This document shows, piece by piece, positions 18,461 to 28,470 of a DNA stretch of 35,252 nucleotides; the stretch's first letter is position 1, and each line of letters opens with the position of its first letter. The translations under genes were made by a program, and so were the position numbers. This stretch comes from an uncultured Nitrospirota bacterium (GTDB taxonomy: Bacteria > Nitrospirota > Nitrospiria > JACQBZ01), in assembly GCA_964372835.1 (NCBI GenBank), contig CAYJTJ010000004.1, positions 1 to 35,252 of the forward strand, written 5' to 3'. The notes beneath the pieces were generated by a model, which worked only from the letters and a program-made list of their open reading frames with translations, did no database searches and had not been told where the DNA came from.

Positions 18461-18697
18461 TCAGATGTTTAGAACGATACTGGTCATGGTCTTCATGACG
18501 CCGTCGATTGATCGGATTTTGGAGAGGATTAGGTCCCCCATTATCTCGAAGGTGTCGGTCTCGACTTGAATGATCAGGTCATGCGCCCCGGTTACCGCAT
18601 ACACCGATTTGACGCCGGCCATGCGGGTGATCGTTTTATAGGCGCTCTTCGTGTGATCGCCCCTTACATCAACCAGGATAAATGCCGAAATCGCCAT
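18461..18697 (-). CDS. Stand-alone Lrp/AsnC ligand-binding (RAM) domain protein
   Basis: 78 aa; VYAVTGAHDLII and KIRSIDGVMKTMTSIV; no HTH. Confidence 0.85.
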   Translation of the reverse strand: MAISAFILVDVRGDHTKSAYKTITRMAGVKSVYAVTGAHDLIIQVETDTFEIMGDLILSKIRSIDGVMKTMTSIVLNI

Positions 18698-18706
18698 TGT
18701 TTTCCC

Positions 18707-19132
18707 TCATTGGATCGAAAAGTTTAATGTTTTTAGAATCGTACCGTCCTCCGAGGTGACGTCGACCCTCCAGACGCCTCTGGAAGACGGCAAAATGGTC
18801 TTGGTGCTGTAGGTCCGCCAGTGGAAGGATTTAACCGGAAGCGAAATCTCCATCACGAAGCGATCCCCGTGAAACCAGAGATGTTTAATGAGTGTGGGAT
18901 GGGAACGCGTCTGTATCTGGGTGAAACAAATGACGCTTCCCACATCGCTGTCGAATGATGAGGCCTGACCGGTCGGCACCAGATTTTCCAGCCCGGTGGC
19001 CATCACGGCCTCCACGACACGAATCGATGGTGACGAATCCCCTTGTGAAAGTGCGGGTGCTTCAGATGTGAGGGTGACCGATATCGATATCAAGATTATC
19101 GGGCCGAACCGCCTCGCGACCGATCGAGTCAT
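18707..19132 (-). CDS. Secreted DUF2914-family protein
   Basis: Signal-like N-terminus; HLWF, WRTYSTK, GVWRVDVT motifs. Confidence 0.75.
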   Translation of the reverse strand: MTRSVARRFGPIILISISVTLTSEAPALSQGDSSPSIRVVEAVMATGLENLVPTGQASSFDSDVGSVICFTQIQTRSHPTLIKHLWFHGDRFVMEISLPVKSFHWRTYSTKTILPSSRGVWRVDVTSEDGTILKTLNFSIQ

Positions 19133-19231
19133 TCCGCGTCGCCTCTCTTGCCAACCCCGACTGAAGGCCGGGTGAATGAGTCAGGCAGCACCATACCAGA
19201 TGGATTTTCAGCAAGTCAACGGGAAAAGAAC

Positions 19232-19690
19232 TCACCCCTTCCTTCGCGTCTTAAGACCCTTCAGGATGCTCCGTTCCAATTGGATCCCGATATCCGGCAG
19301 CGTTCGCAAAAGCCTGGACCGAGCCAACTTTTCGAGATCTTCCCTGGTTTCAATTCCATAGCGTATATGAAGTAACTTCATGACCCGGGGATTGACTCCG
19401 GGGATCGGACCCGGAGGGTCGGCTTCGGGGACCGAACGGGACTCTAACTCTTGGGGTTCGTCCAAACGCCCGGTTTGGATCAGGCCGAGAATCCTTGCCC
19501 CGAGCTTTCGACCTATGCCCGGGAGACGAAATCCCGATGGACGCAGGGCGATTTCCGAAATGGGACTCCTAAACCGTTCAACATGGGCCGCCGCCCGCCG
19601 ATAGGCCTGGATGCGGTAGCGGTTGGCCCCCTCCATCTGGAGCCGATCGGCTTCCTGGCGGAGGATCAGGGCGATCTGGGCGTTGGACAT
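19232..19690 (-). CDS. Helix-hairpin-helix protein equivalent to the N-terminal (8 kDa + fingers) part of DNA polymerase X; no catalytic or PHP domain
   Basis: MSNAQIA...GANRYRIQAYRRAA, LPGIGRKL...TGRL, IPGVNPR, GIETREDL...LPDIG...ILKGL match the bacterial PolX N-terminus; stops at 152 aa. Confidence 0.8.
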   Translation of the reverse strand: MSNAQIALILRQEADRLQMEGANRYRIQAYRRAAAHVERFRSPISEIALRPSGFRLPGIGRKLGARILGLIQTGRLDEPQELESRSVPEADPPGPIPGVNPRVMKLLHIRYGIETREDLEKLARSRLLRTLPDIGIQLERSILKGLKTRRKG

Positions 19691-19696
19691 TTCGCG

Positions 19697-19705
19697 ATTA
19701 TATCA
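19697..19705 (-). promoter_or_regulatory. Extended -10 promoter giving a probable leaderless mRNA
   Basis: Minus strand TGA-TATAAT-cgcgaa-ATG; no SD. Confidence 0.6.
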
Positions 19706-19938
19706 CAGGGGATTGAACCGGCCGGTATGGTAAAATGAAATAGGGAAAATGGAAAATCGCTTCCAAGACCGATTCGGTACCCGATTACCTATACATTGGA
19801 TACCCGAGGGAATAAGGGGGTCTGGGCCACCTCGAATGAAATTGCATCCGATTGAGATTAATGGGGAATTATAATTTATAATCGGGCCATTTCGGTACTA
19901 AAATTGCATAATAAGCGTACGGAATAACAGGATCGCCC

Positions 19939-20313
19939 ATGAGCGTGAAGAAAATCCTCATAGCCGACGATGAAAACAGCCTTCGGTTTCTGCTCCGTAA
20001 GACTCTGGAGGGAACCGGATATGAAATCCTCGAAGCCGTGAACGGAAAGCAGGCCCTCTCTCTCGCCAAGAAAAAGCTCCCGGATCTGATCATCCTTGAT
20101 GTGGTGATGCCCGATCTGTACGGGAGTGAAGTCTGTGAAAGGTTACGGAAACAATCGAAAACCGCAAGAATTCCGGTGATGATCCTGACGGCCAATTCAA
20201 ACCTCTATAATGAGGAGCAGGCGAGAACCAGCGGGGCGGATTACTACATCACGAAACCCTTCAGCCCTCTTGCGCTCAAGAGCATGGTCCAGAGGATTCT
20301 AGCGGGTCAATAG
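19939..20313 (+). CDS. Single-domain response regulator (CheY-like receiver)
   Basis: ILIADDE, DLIILDVVMP, LTA, YITKPFS. Confidence 0.92.
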   Translation: MSVKKILIADDENSLRFLLRKTLEGTGYEILEAVNGKQALSLAKKKLPDLIILDVVMPDLYGSEVCERLRKQSKTARIPVMILTANSNLYNEEQARTSGADYYITKPFSPLALKSMVQRILAGQ

Positions 20314-20340
20314 CCAAACGGGTGCCACGATCGCGCGGCT

Positions 20341-21630
<1,290 letters not shown>

Positions 21631-21668
21631 TCAATTATCCATGCGATTGGGGAACAACGGTGTACGGG

Positions 21669-22862
21669 TTAAAGCCCTGCTTCCTTGCGGAGGGTGGCCG
21701 CCATATCGGTCTTCTCCCACGTGAACTCGGGTTCGTTTCGGCCGAAATGCCCGTAGGCGGCGGTCTTTTTGTAGATGGGTCGACGGAGTTTGAGATGTTC
21801 AATCATCCCTTTCGGGGTCATCGGAAAATGCTTGCGGATCAAGGTCTGGATGGCCTCCGTGGGGACCTTTCCCGTGTTTTTCGTGTTGACGAGCAGGGAG
21901 ACCGGCTCCGGGACGCCGATCGCATAGGCCATCTGAATCTCGCACCGGTCCGCAAGACCGGCGGCGACCACGTTCTTGGCGATATAGCGGGCCATGTAGG
22001 AGGCCGAACGGTCCACCTTCGAGGGATCCTTTCCCGAAAAGGCTCCTCCGCCGTGGCTTCCAACGCCCCCATACGTATCCACGATGATCTTCCGGCCGGT
22101 GATGCCCGTGTCCCCCTGCGGGCCCCCGATCACGAATCGCCCGGTCGGGTTGATGTGATACGTGATGTTTTCCTCGTCCAGAAGCTCCGCCGGAATCGTG
22201 GGTTTGATCACCTTTTCGATGATGTCTTCGCGCATTCCCTTCAGCGTCATCTCGGGGCTGTGCTGCGCTGAAATGACAATCGTGGTGACCCGGACAGGCA
22301 TGCCGTTTCGGTATTCTACGGTTACCTGGGACTTTCCATCCGGGCGGAGATAGGGAAGGAGGTCTTTTTTCCGGAGTTCCGTGAGGCGGCGGGTGAGCTT
22401 GTGAGCGAGAATGATCGGGGTCGGCATGAATTCCGGTGTCTCGTTGCTGGCATACCCGAACATGATTCCCTGGTCGCCGGCTCCCCCCGTATCAACGCCC
22501 CGGGCGATATCGGGGGACTGGGAGTGAATCGACGTGATGACCGAACAGGTCTCATAATCAAAACCGTACTTGGCACGGGTGTATCCGATCTCTTTGATCG
22601 TCTCCCGAACAATGTCCGGAATCTCCACATAACAGGACGTGCTGATCTCCCCCGCAACGAAGGCCAGTCCGGTTGTGACGAGTGTTTCGCACGCGACCCG
22701 GCAGTTGGGATCCTGGGCGATGATCGCGTCCAGAATGGCATCCGAGATCTGGTCCGCGATTTTGTCCGGATGACCTTCGGTAACGGATTCAGAGGTAAAC
22801 AGGAAATCCTGTTCCGAGGCGGGCGACATGGCTTTTGGGGGAGGCTGTTTCTTCCCCGTCAT
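21669..22862 (-). CDS. metK: S-adenosylmethionine synthetase
   Basis: [39 protein letters not shown]. Confidence 0.98.
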   Translation of the reverse strand: MTGKKQPPPKAMSPASEQDFLFTSESVTEGHPDKIADQISDAILDAIIAQDPNCRVACETLVTTGLAFVAGEISTSCYVEIPDIVRETIKEIGYTRAKYGFDYETCSVITSIHSQSPDIARGVDTGGAGDQGIMFGYASNETPEFMPTPIILAHKLTRRLTELRKKDLLPYLRPDGKSQVTVEYRNGMPVRVTTIVISAQHSPEMTLKGMREDIIEKVIKPTIPAELLDEENITYHINPTGRFVIGGPQGDTGITGRKIIVDTYGGVGSHGGGAFSGKDPSKVDRSASYMARYIAKNVVAAGLADRCEIQMAYAIGVPEPVSLLVNTKNTGKVPTEAIQTLIRKHFPMTPKGMIEHLKLRRPIYKKTAAYGHFGRNEPEFTWEKTDMAATLRKEAGL

Positions 22863-22951
22863 CGACTGAACTCCGGAATTGCTGGGCCGAGACCATTCGG
22901 GCTCGGGGGATTAAAAGTGCGACGATGGCGTGCTTGGCTAAGTCCATCATT

Positions 22952-23032
22952 TTTATAGCAGACGGCCCGCTTTTGTCAAGGGAAAAGTGGGTCCCGCGAT
23001 GCTTGACAGACGAAAGGGGGACACGATACAGT
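22952..23032. promoter_or_regulatory. Divergent sigma70 promoters for metK-ahcY and the ligase operon
   Basis: Minus: TTGACA(22979-22974)-16-TATAAA(22957-22952) with TG. Plus: TTGACA(23003-23008)-18-TACAGT(23027-23032). Confidence 0.6.
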
Positions 23033-23088
23033 GACCTCACGAAACGCGAACTCGGGTTCGGGCCGCGACGGAATCGGAACTGCCCCCG

Positions 23089-24816
23089 ATGAAGTTTTTA
23101 CAACTCGTGACCTACTTTGACCGTCTCGAGAAAACGAGCCGCCGATTGGAGATGTTCGATATCCTGGCCGAGCTGTTTTCCCAGTCGGATCCCAATGAGG
23201 TGGATAAGATTGTCTATTTGAGCCAGGGACAATTGACGCCGCCCTTCAGGGGGCTTGAGATCGGTATGTCCGAAAAGTATCTCCTCCGCGCGCTCGCCGT
23301 CGCTTCCGGACAGGCAATCGATACGGTGACGCGGATTTTTAAGGAGAAGGGAGATCTCGGACTGACGGCCTCGGAACTCCTGACCGGCCTGGGAGAGGGT
23401 CCCTCGGTTGAAGAGGTTTACGCGGGACTTTACGAATTGAGTCAGATCACCGGAGAGGGAAGCGTCGAGAAAAAGGTAAACCTGCTGAGAGACCGGCTGG
23501 TCTCCATTTCCAGGGAGGAAGGCAAGTACCTCGCGCGGTTCGTGGCGGGCCGGCTTCGTCTGGGGGTGGGGGACATGACGGTTTTGGAATCGCTGGCGCA
23601 TGCCAAGTCCGGTCGGGAGTTCAGGCCCGAACTGGAACGGGCCTATAATATCTGCTCCGACCTGGGCCTCGTGGCGCGGACTTACTTTATGGGGGGCGAA
23701 GAGGGGATTCGGAAGATTCGAGTACGCGTGGGTTATCCCATCCGGATGGCGTTATGTGAACGATTGGCCACCCCGGAGGAAATTATCGATAAGATCGGTC
23801 GGTGCGCGGTCGAGGTCAAATACGACGGCTTCCGGTGCCAGATCCACAAAGAGGACGATCGAATCGAGATCTTCTCGCGAAATCTGGAGCGCACGACGGC
23901 CATGTTTCCCGAAATCGTCGAGGCGACTCGTCGGCAATTTCGGGGTCGCCAGGGGATATTCGAAGGAGAGGCGTTGGCCTATGACGATTCGTCGGGTGAA
24001 CCCCTCTCTTTTCAAATGACGAGTCAGCGCAAGCGAAAACACAAGGTAGAGGCTTTTGCCAAGGAGGTGCCGTTGCGGTTTTTCGCCTTCGATCTCCTGT
24101 ATTCCGATGGGGAAGACTTAACGACGGAAACCTATCGGGACCGACGGCTCCGATTGGAGCGCCTGCTCGAGACAGACTCGATCATTGAATTATCGCAATC
24201 GATCGAGACGGAGGACCCCAAAGAGATCCAACGTTTTTTTAACGGGGTCATCGAACGCGGCCTGGAAGGCATTATCGCCAAGCGCTTGGATGCCCCGTAT
24301 TCGGCGGGAGCCCGGAATTTCACATGGATCAAGCTGAAGCGAAGCTACAAGGGAGAGCTGTCGGATTCGATTGATCTGGTCATCATCGGGTATTTCAAGG
24401 GAAAGGGACAGCGGGCCCAGTTCGGTGTGGGGACGGTTCTTGGGGCGGCCTACGATTCCGAAACGGATTCGTTTAAGTCGGTGACCAAGATCGGGTCCGG
24501 CTTTACCGAAGAGGAGCTGGGACGGCTCAAGGAGATGCTGGATGCGATCCGATCCCCCCGGATTCCCCGTAACGTCGAGTCCGTGATGGTTCCCGATATC
24601 TGGGTTGAGCCCCGTTACGTGCTTACCGTGAACGCGGATGAGATCACGCGTTCTCCTCTGCACACGGCGGGAAAGGTCGGCGAGGAACCCGGGTACGCGC
24701 TCCGATTTCCACGGACCGTGGGATTCATCCGGCCGGACAAACGTCCCGAGGATGCCACGAGCGTCAAGGAAATCATGGAGATGTTCGATCAGCAAAAGAG
24801 GGTTAAGCTGAAATGA
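23089..24816 (+). CDS. lig: ATP-dependent DNA ligase, archaeal/eukaryotic LigI-type with N-terminal DNA-binding domain
   Basis: Motif I EVKYDGFR, EGEA, FAFDLL, EGIIAK, WIKLK, DLVIIG, ALRFPR; ~200 aa helical DBD with LRLGVG. Confidence 0.93.
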   Translation: MKFLQLVTYFDRLEKTSRRLEMFDILAELFSQSDPNEVDKIVYLSQGQLTPPFRGLEIGMSEKYLLRALAVASGQAIDTVTRIFKEKGDLGLTASELLTGLGEGPSVEEVYAGLYELSQITGEGSVEKKVNLLRDRLVSISREEGKYLARFVAGRLRLGVGDMTVLESLAHAKSGREFRPELERAYNICSDLGLVARTYFMGGEEGIRKIRVRVGYPIRMALCERLATPEEIIDKIGRCAVEVKYDGFRCQIHKEDDRIEIFSRNLERTTAMFPEIVEATRRQFRGRQGIFEGEALAYDDSSGEPLSFQMTSQRKRKHKVEAFAKEVPLRFFAFDLLYSDGEDLTTETYRDRRLRLERLLETDSIIELSQSIETEDPKEIQRFFNGVIERGLEGIIAKRLDAPYSAGARNFTWIKLKRSYKGELSDSIDLVIIGYFKGKGQRAQFGVGTVLGAAYDSETDSFKSVTKIGSGFTEEELGRLKEMLDAIRSPRIPRNVESVMVPDIWVEPRYVLTVNADEITRSPLHTAGKVGEEPGYALRFPRTVGFIRPDKRPEDATSVKEIMEMFDQQKRVKLK

Positions 24817-25619
24817 TCCGCGCCGGATTTCTTCAGTTTGAACCGACCTTCGGGGAGGTCCGCCGGAATGTGGATGCGGTCCTCAACCGACTGGATCGTA
24901 TTGGAAAGCGCGAGGCGGACCTCGTGGTCCTTCCGGAGTTGTTTAATACGGGCTACCAGTTCGTATCCCGGCCGGAGGTGGCGGAACTGTCCGAGGGGAT
25001 TCCTCGAGGCTACACGACCCGGCTCTTGAGCCGGTTTGCCGCGGATCGGAAAATCTGGATCGTGGCCGGATTGGCGGAGCGGGCCGGCCGCAGCTTGTAC
25101 AATTCGGCGGTTCTGATCGGGCCGCGGGGATACGTCAAGACCTATCGGAAGGTTCATTTATTTTTTGAAGAGACGCTTTGGTTTCGGCCGGGACGAAACC
25201 GATTCGAGGCCACCGATATCGGTAAAGCCCGAATCGGGATCATGATCTGTTTCGACTGGTTTTTCCCGGAGGCGGCCCGGGCCCTGGCCCTGGCGGGGAG
25301 CGACATTCTCTGCCACCCCGCAAACCTCGTCCTGCCGTACGGTCCGGACGCCATGATCACCCGATGCATCGAGAACAGAGTGTTCGCCATCACCGCGAAT
25401 CGGATCGGCTCCGAGCGGCGGGGGGGAAAGGAAAGATTGACTTACATCGGCCGGAGCGAGATCGTCGGCCCCAGAGGGGGGATTCTTTATCGGGCCCCGC
25501 GGAACCGGGAAGTCCTAAAAATTTTGGAGTTGGATCCCCGGGAGGCACGAGCCAAGAGGCTGAACCGGTATAATCACCTATTTGGAGACCGGCAACCCGC
25601 GCTCTATTCGCGGCACTGA
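24813..25619 (+). CDS. Carbon-nitrogen hydrolase (nitrilase superfamily, Pyrococcus PH0642-like)
   Basis: Catalytic triad LPELF, YRKVHLF, ICFDWFFPE; HPANLVLPY; ATGA overlap with the ligase. Confidence 0.9.
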   Translation: MIRAGFLQFEPTFGEVRRNVDAVLNRLDRIGKREADLVVLPELFNTGYQFVSRPEVAELSEGIPRGYTTRLLSRFAADRKIWIVAGLAERAGRSLYNSAVLIGPRGYVKTYRKVHLFFEETLWFRPGRNRFEATDIGKARIGIMICFDWFFPEAARALALAGSDILCHPANLVLPYGPDAMITRCIENRVFAITANRIGSERRGGKERLTYIGRSEIVGPRGGILYRAPRNREVLKILELDPREARAKRLNRYNHLFGDRQPALYSRH

Positions 25620-25637
25620 GAAGGAAGGCCCGTAACA

Positions 25638-26378
25638 ATGGCGAAGACGCGTTCACCATCCGGGGGGCGATACGGGCTGTCCCGGTCCGATCCGAAGGCG
25701 TGCGGCGGGGCCCGGGTACGAACGGTCGCGCGGAACCTCACCCATCTCCAAGCGGTTTTAGACCGGGAGTTCCCCGATCCGAAATCCGAATTGCGTTTTT
25801 CGAATCCCTTGGAGCTTCTGGTTGCGACGATTCTCTCCGCCCAATGCACCGATGAGCGGGTGAATCGCGTGACGGCCGATCTGTTCCGTCGGTATCGAAC
25901 GGCGGAGGATTACGCCCGTGCCGATCCGGCAGTGCTCGAGGCCGAGATCCGACCGACCGGATTCTTCCGGGTCAAGGCCAAGAATATCATCCGGTGCGGC
26001 CGGGTCCTGATCGATCGGCACGGCGGAGAGGTCCCAGCCACCATGGAGTCTCTCGTGGGGCTTCCCGGGGTCTGGAGGAAGACGGCCAGCGTTATTCTCG
26101 GGAACGGCTTCCATCGACCGGCCATTGTGGTGGATACGCATGTCCGGCGGGTGAGCATGCGCGTGGGGTTGAGCGACTCGGATGACCCGGATCGCATCGA
26201 GGCGGATCTAGCCGGTCTCATCCCCCAGGAACGATGGACCCGGCTCTCCCACCAACTCCTTCTCCATGGACGGTACATCTGTCTTGCCAGGACCCCTCGA
26301 TGCGGGGAGTGCGAATTAAGGTCGGTCTGCCGGTTTTACAAAAGCCAACCGGGCCCCGGGCCCTCGATAAAGGTTTGA
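25638..26378 (+). CDS. nth: Endonuclease III (DNA glycosylase/AP lyase)
   Basis: ILSAQCTDERVN, HhH LPGVWRKTA, VDTHV, 4Fe-4S motif C-x6-C-x2-C-x5-C. Confidence 0.95.
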   Translation: MAKTRSPSGGRYGLSRSDPKACGGARVRTVARNLTHLQAVLDREFPDPKSELRFSNPLELLVATILSAQCTDERVNRVTADLFRRYRTAEDYARADPAVLEAEIRPTGFFRVKAKNIIRCGRVLIDRHGGEVPATMESLVGLPGVWRKTASVILGNGFHRPAIVVDTHVRRVSMRVGLSDSDDPDRIEADLAGLIPQERWTRLSHQLLLHGRYICLARTPRCGECELRSVCRFYKSQPGPGPSIKV

Positions 26379-26403
26379 CAATCCGGATCTCAATGAATAT
26401 AAT
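26375..26403 (+). promoter_or_regulatory. Perfect-consensus sigma70 promoter for yicC-gmk-rpoZ-coaBC
   Basis: TTGACA-17 bp-TATAAT. Confidence 0.8.
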
Positions 26404-26429
26404 GAGCAATTCATTTCGGGGTGCATCGA

Positions 26430-27305
26430 ATGATTTGTAGCATGACCGGTTACGGTCGGAGCGAGGGTGCGATTGGGGAGACCGCGGTGGTCGCTGAAAT
26501 ACGGTCGACCAACCATAAGTACTGCGACATCGTGGTTCGAGTTCCCAAATCGCTCATCCCGCGTGAGACGGCCCTTAAAAAGCTGATACAGGAGGGATTT
26601 ACGCGAGGGCGGTTTGAACTGACCGTCGCCCTAAACGGGGCAGCCGATCGGACGAAGCGGCTGGATCTCGATCTGGAGCTGGCCGAACGCTATTACCGAG
26701 TCCTCAACGATCTGAAGGCCAAACTCGGGCTTCCCGGCAGCGTCGACCTCAATCTGTTGGCGAACTTTCGCGAGATCATTTCGGTTGAGGAGGAGAGTCC
26801 GGTTGATCAGCTGGCCGAGCGCGTCGAGGGATTGGTCAAGGAGGCGATGGCCCGCCTGGCTGAAATGCGACGGAAGGAAGGATCGGCTCTCGCGCGGGAT
26901 CTGGGAAAACGGATTACGCTGATCGAGAAGACCTTGAGCCAAATCACGCGACGGGTTCCCCGGATGGTTTCCTCCTATCGGGACCGCCTAAAGAAGCGGG
27001 TGACCCAGCTCGCCCGGGACATTAAACTCGATCCCTCCCGGCTGGTCCAGGAGGTTACGATTTTTGCCGAGCGGTCCGATATCAGTGAGGAGATGACCCG
27101 GATGCACAGCCATCTTAGGCAGTTCAAGGCGATGCTTAGGAAGGATGAACCGGTCGGTCGCAGCCTGGATTTCCTGATTCAGGAGATGAACAGGGAGGTG
27201 AATACGATCGGTTCCAAGGCCAGCGACGCCACGATCGCCATGGCGGTTGTCGGAGCGAAGACCGAGCTCGAAAAGGTGAGAGAGCAGGTTCAGAATATCG
27301 AGTGA
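26430..27305 (+). CDS. yicC: YicC/YloC family endoribonuclease
   Basis: SMTGYG, EIRSTNHK, DISEE, GRSLDFLIQEMNREVNTIGSK, REQVQNIE. Confidence 0.93.
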   Translation: MICSMTGYGRSEGAIGETAVVAEIRSTNHKYCDIVVRVPKSLIPRETALKKLIQEGFTRGRFELTVALNGAADRTKRLDLDLELAERYYRVLNDLKAKLGLPGSVDLNLLANFREIISVEEESPVDQLAERVEGLVKEAMARLAEMRRKEGSALARDLGKRITLIEKTLSQITRRVPRMVSSYRDRLKKRVTQLARDIKLDPSRLVQEVTIFAERSDISEEMTRMHSHLRQFKAMLRKDEPVGRSLDFLIQEMNREVNTIGSKASDATIAMAVVGAKTELEKVREQVQNIE

Positions 27306-27403
27306 GGTTTCGGCCGGTGACGAAACCGGGCATGAAGGGGGGATCCGTGAGGCTCCCGAGTAATCGGCCCGGGCAAGGGGTGGGGAGGCGAAATCGACAT
27401 TCA

Positions 27404-28021
27404 ATGAAAAAGCCGCGGAAGGGACTATTGATTGTGGTTTCGGCGCCCTCGGGGGCCGGGAAGACCACGCTCTGCCGTGAGATGGCGGACGCGATTCCTT
27501 ATCTTAAGTACTCGATTTCCTACACGACACGGGCGCCGCGGCCGGGAGAGAGGGATGGAAAGGATTACATCTTTGTTTCCGAGGATGAGTTTAAGAAGAT
27601 GGTCGGGCGGGATGAATTCGCGGAGTGGGCCGAAGTTCATAACCATTATTACGGGACCCATGAAGGTTTCCTCAAGCGGACCCTTGCGACCGGAACGGAT
27701 GTCCTCCTGGACGTCGACACCCAGGGCGCCAAGCTGCTGAAAAAGCGGTTCCCCGAGGCCGTTTTTATCTTTGTTCTGCCTCCGTCCCTTGAGACGCTGA
27801 AGGATCGGCTCCGGGGACGGCGGGCGGATTCTCCCGATGAGATCGAGAGGAGATTCCGCGTCGCGCGGCGGGAGATTGAAAGTTACGGCGAGTACCAATA
27901 CATTATTTTCAATGAGAACGTGAAAGAGGCGGTCCGCGAGCTCGAGTCGATCATTCTGGCGGAGCGGATCCGAATCGATCACTGCGACCGCGAATGGATC
28001 CGGAAGAAATTCCTGGAATAA
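27404..28021 (+). CDS. gmk: Guanylate kinase
   Basis: APSGAGKTT, SYTTRAPRPGE, YYGT, DVDTQG; start placed at MKKPRKG. Confidence 0.96.
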   Translation: MKKPRKGLLIVVSAPSGAGKTTLCREMADAIPYLKYSISYTTRAPRPGERDGKDYIFVSEDEFKKMVGRDEFAEWAEVHNHYYGTHEGFLKRTLATGTDVLLDVDTQGAKLLKKRFPEAVFIFVLPPSLETLKDRLRGRRADSPDEIERRFRVARREIESYGEYQYIIFNENVKEAVRELESIILAERIRIDHCDREWIRKKFLE

Positions 28022-28077
28022 GGCCCCCGGCCTCCGAGGCCGATTTTGAGGTTTGCGGGAAGAGGAGAGGTGAAAAG

Positions 28078-28452
28078 ATGGATATGATGTCGCTATTGAC
28101 GGATTTCAATGAAACCAAAATAGACAGCCGGTATCGGCTCGTGATTATTTCGGCTCAGCGCGCCCGGCAGATGATGCTTGGCTCCAAGCCCCAGATCACG
28201 AGCAAGTTCACGAAGGAAACGATGATGGCGCTGGATGAGGTGCTCCAGGGAAAGGCCGAGTTCCTAACCGGCGAGGAGGCCCGGGCGGCGCTTAAGGAGG
28301 CGATTTTAACCAAGGCGCTCGAGACCCGGTTCAGGCCGCGGATCCCGCAACGGCCTGCCGGCGAGGACGATTCCGAAATCAAGAAGGACTTGAGCATTTA
28401 TGTGAATGATCAGAAGGGGGATGAAGCCCCGGCCGACGGGATCAAGGAATAA
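28078..28452 (+). CDS. rpoZ: RNA polymerase omega subunit with C-terminal extension
   Basis: IDSRYRLVIISAQRARQ, ALDEV; position between gmk and coaBC; SD GAGGTG. Confidence 0.9.
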   Translation: MDMMSLLTDFNETKIDSRYRLVIISAQRARQMMLGSKPQITSKFTKETMMALDEVLQGKAEFLTGEEARAALKEAILTKALETRFRPRIPQRPAGEDDSEIKKDLSIYVNDQKGDEAPADGIKE

Positions 28453-28470
28453 GGTTTTAGGGGTATCGGC

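Noticed and set aside
19740..19938. AT-rich region with TTCGGTAC twice and the AATTATAATT palindrome
   Set aside because: Compatible with an ordinary promoter region; no identifiable operator.
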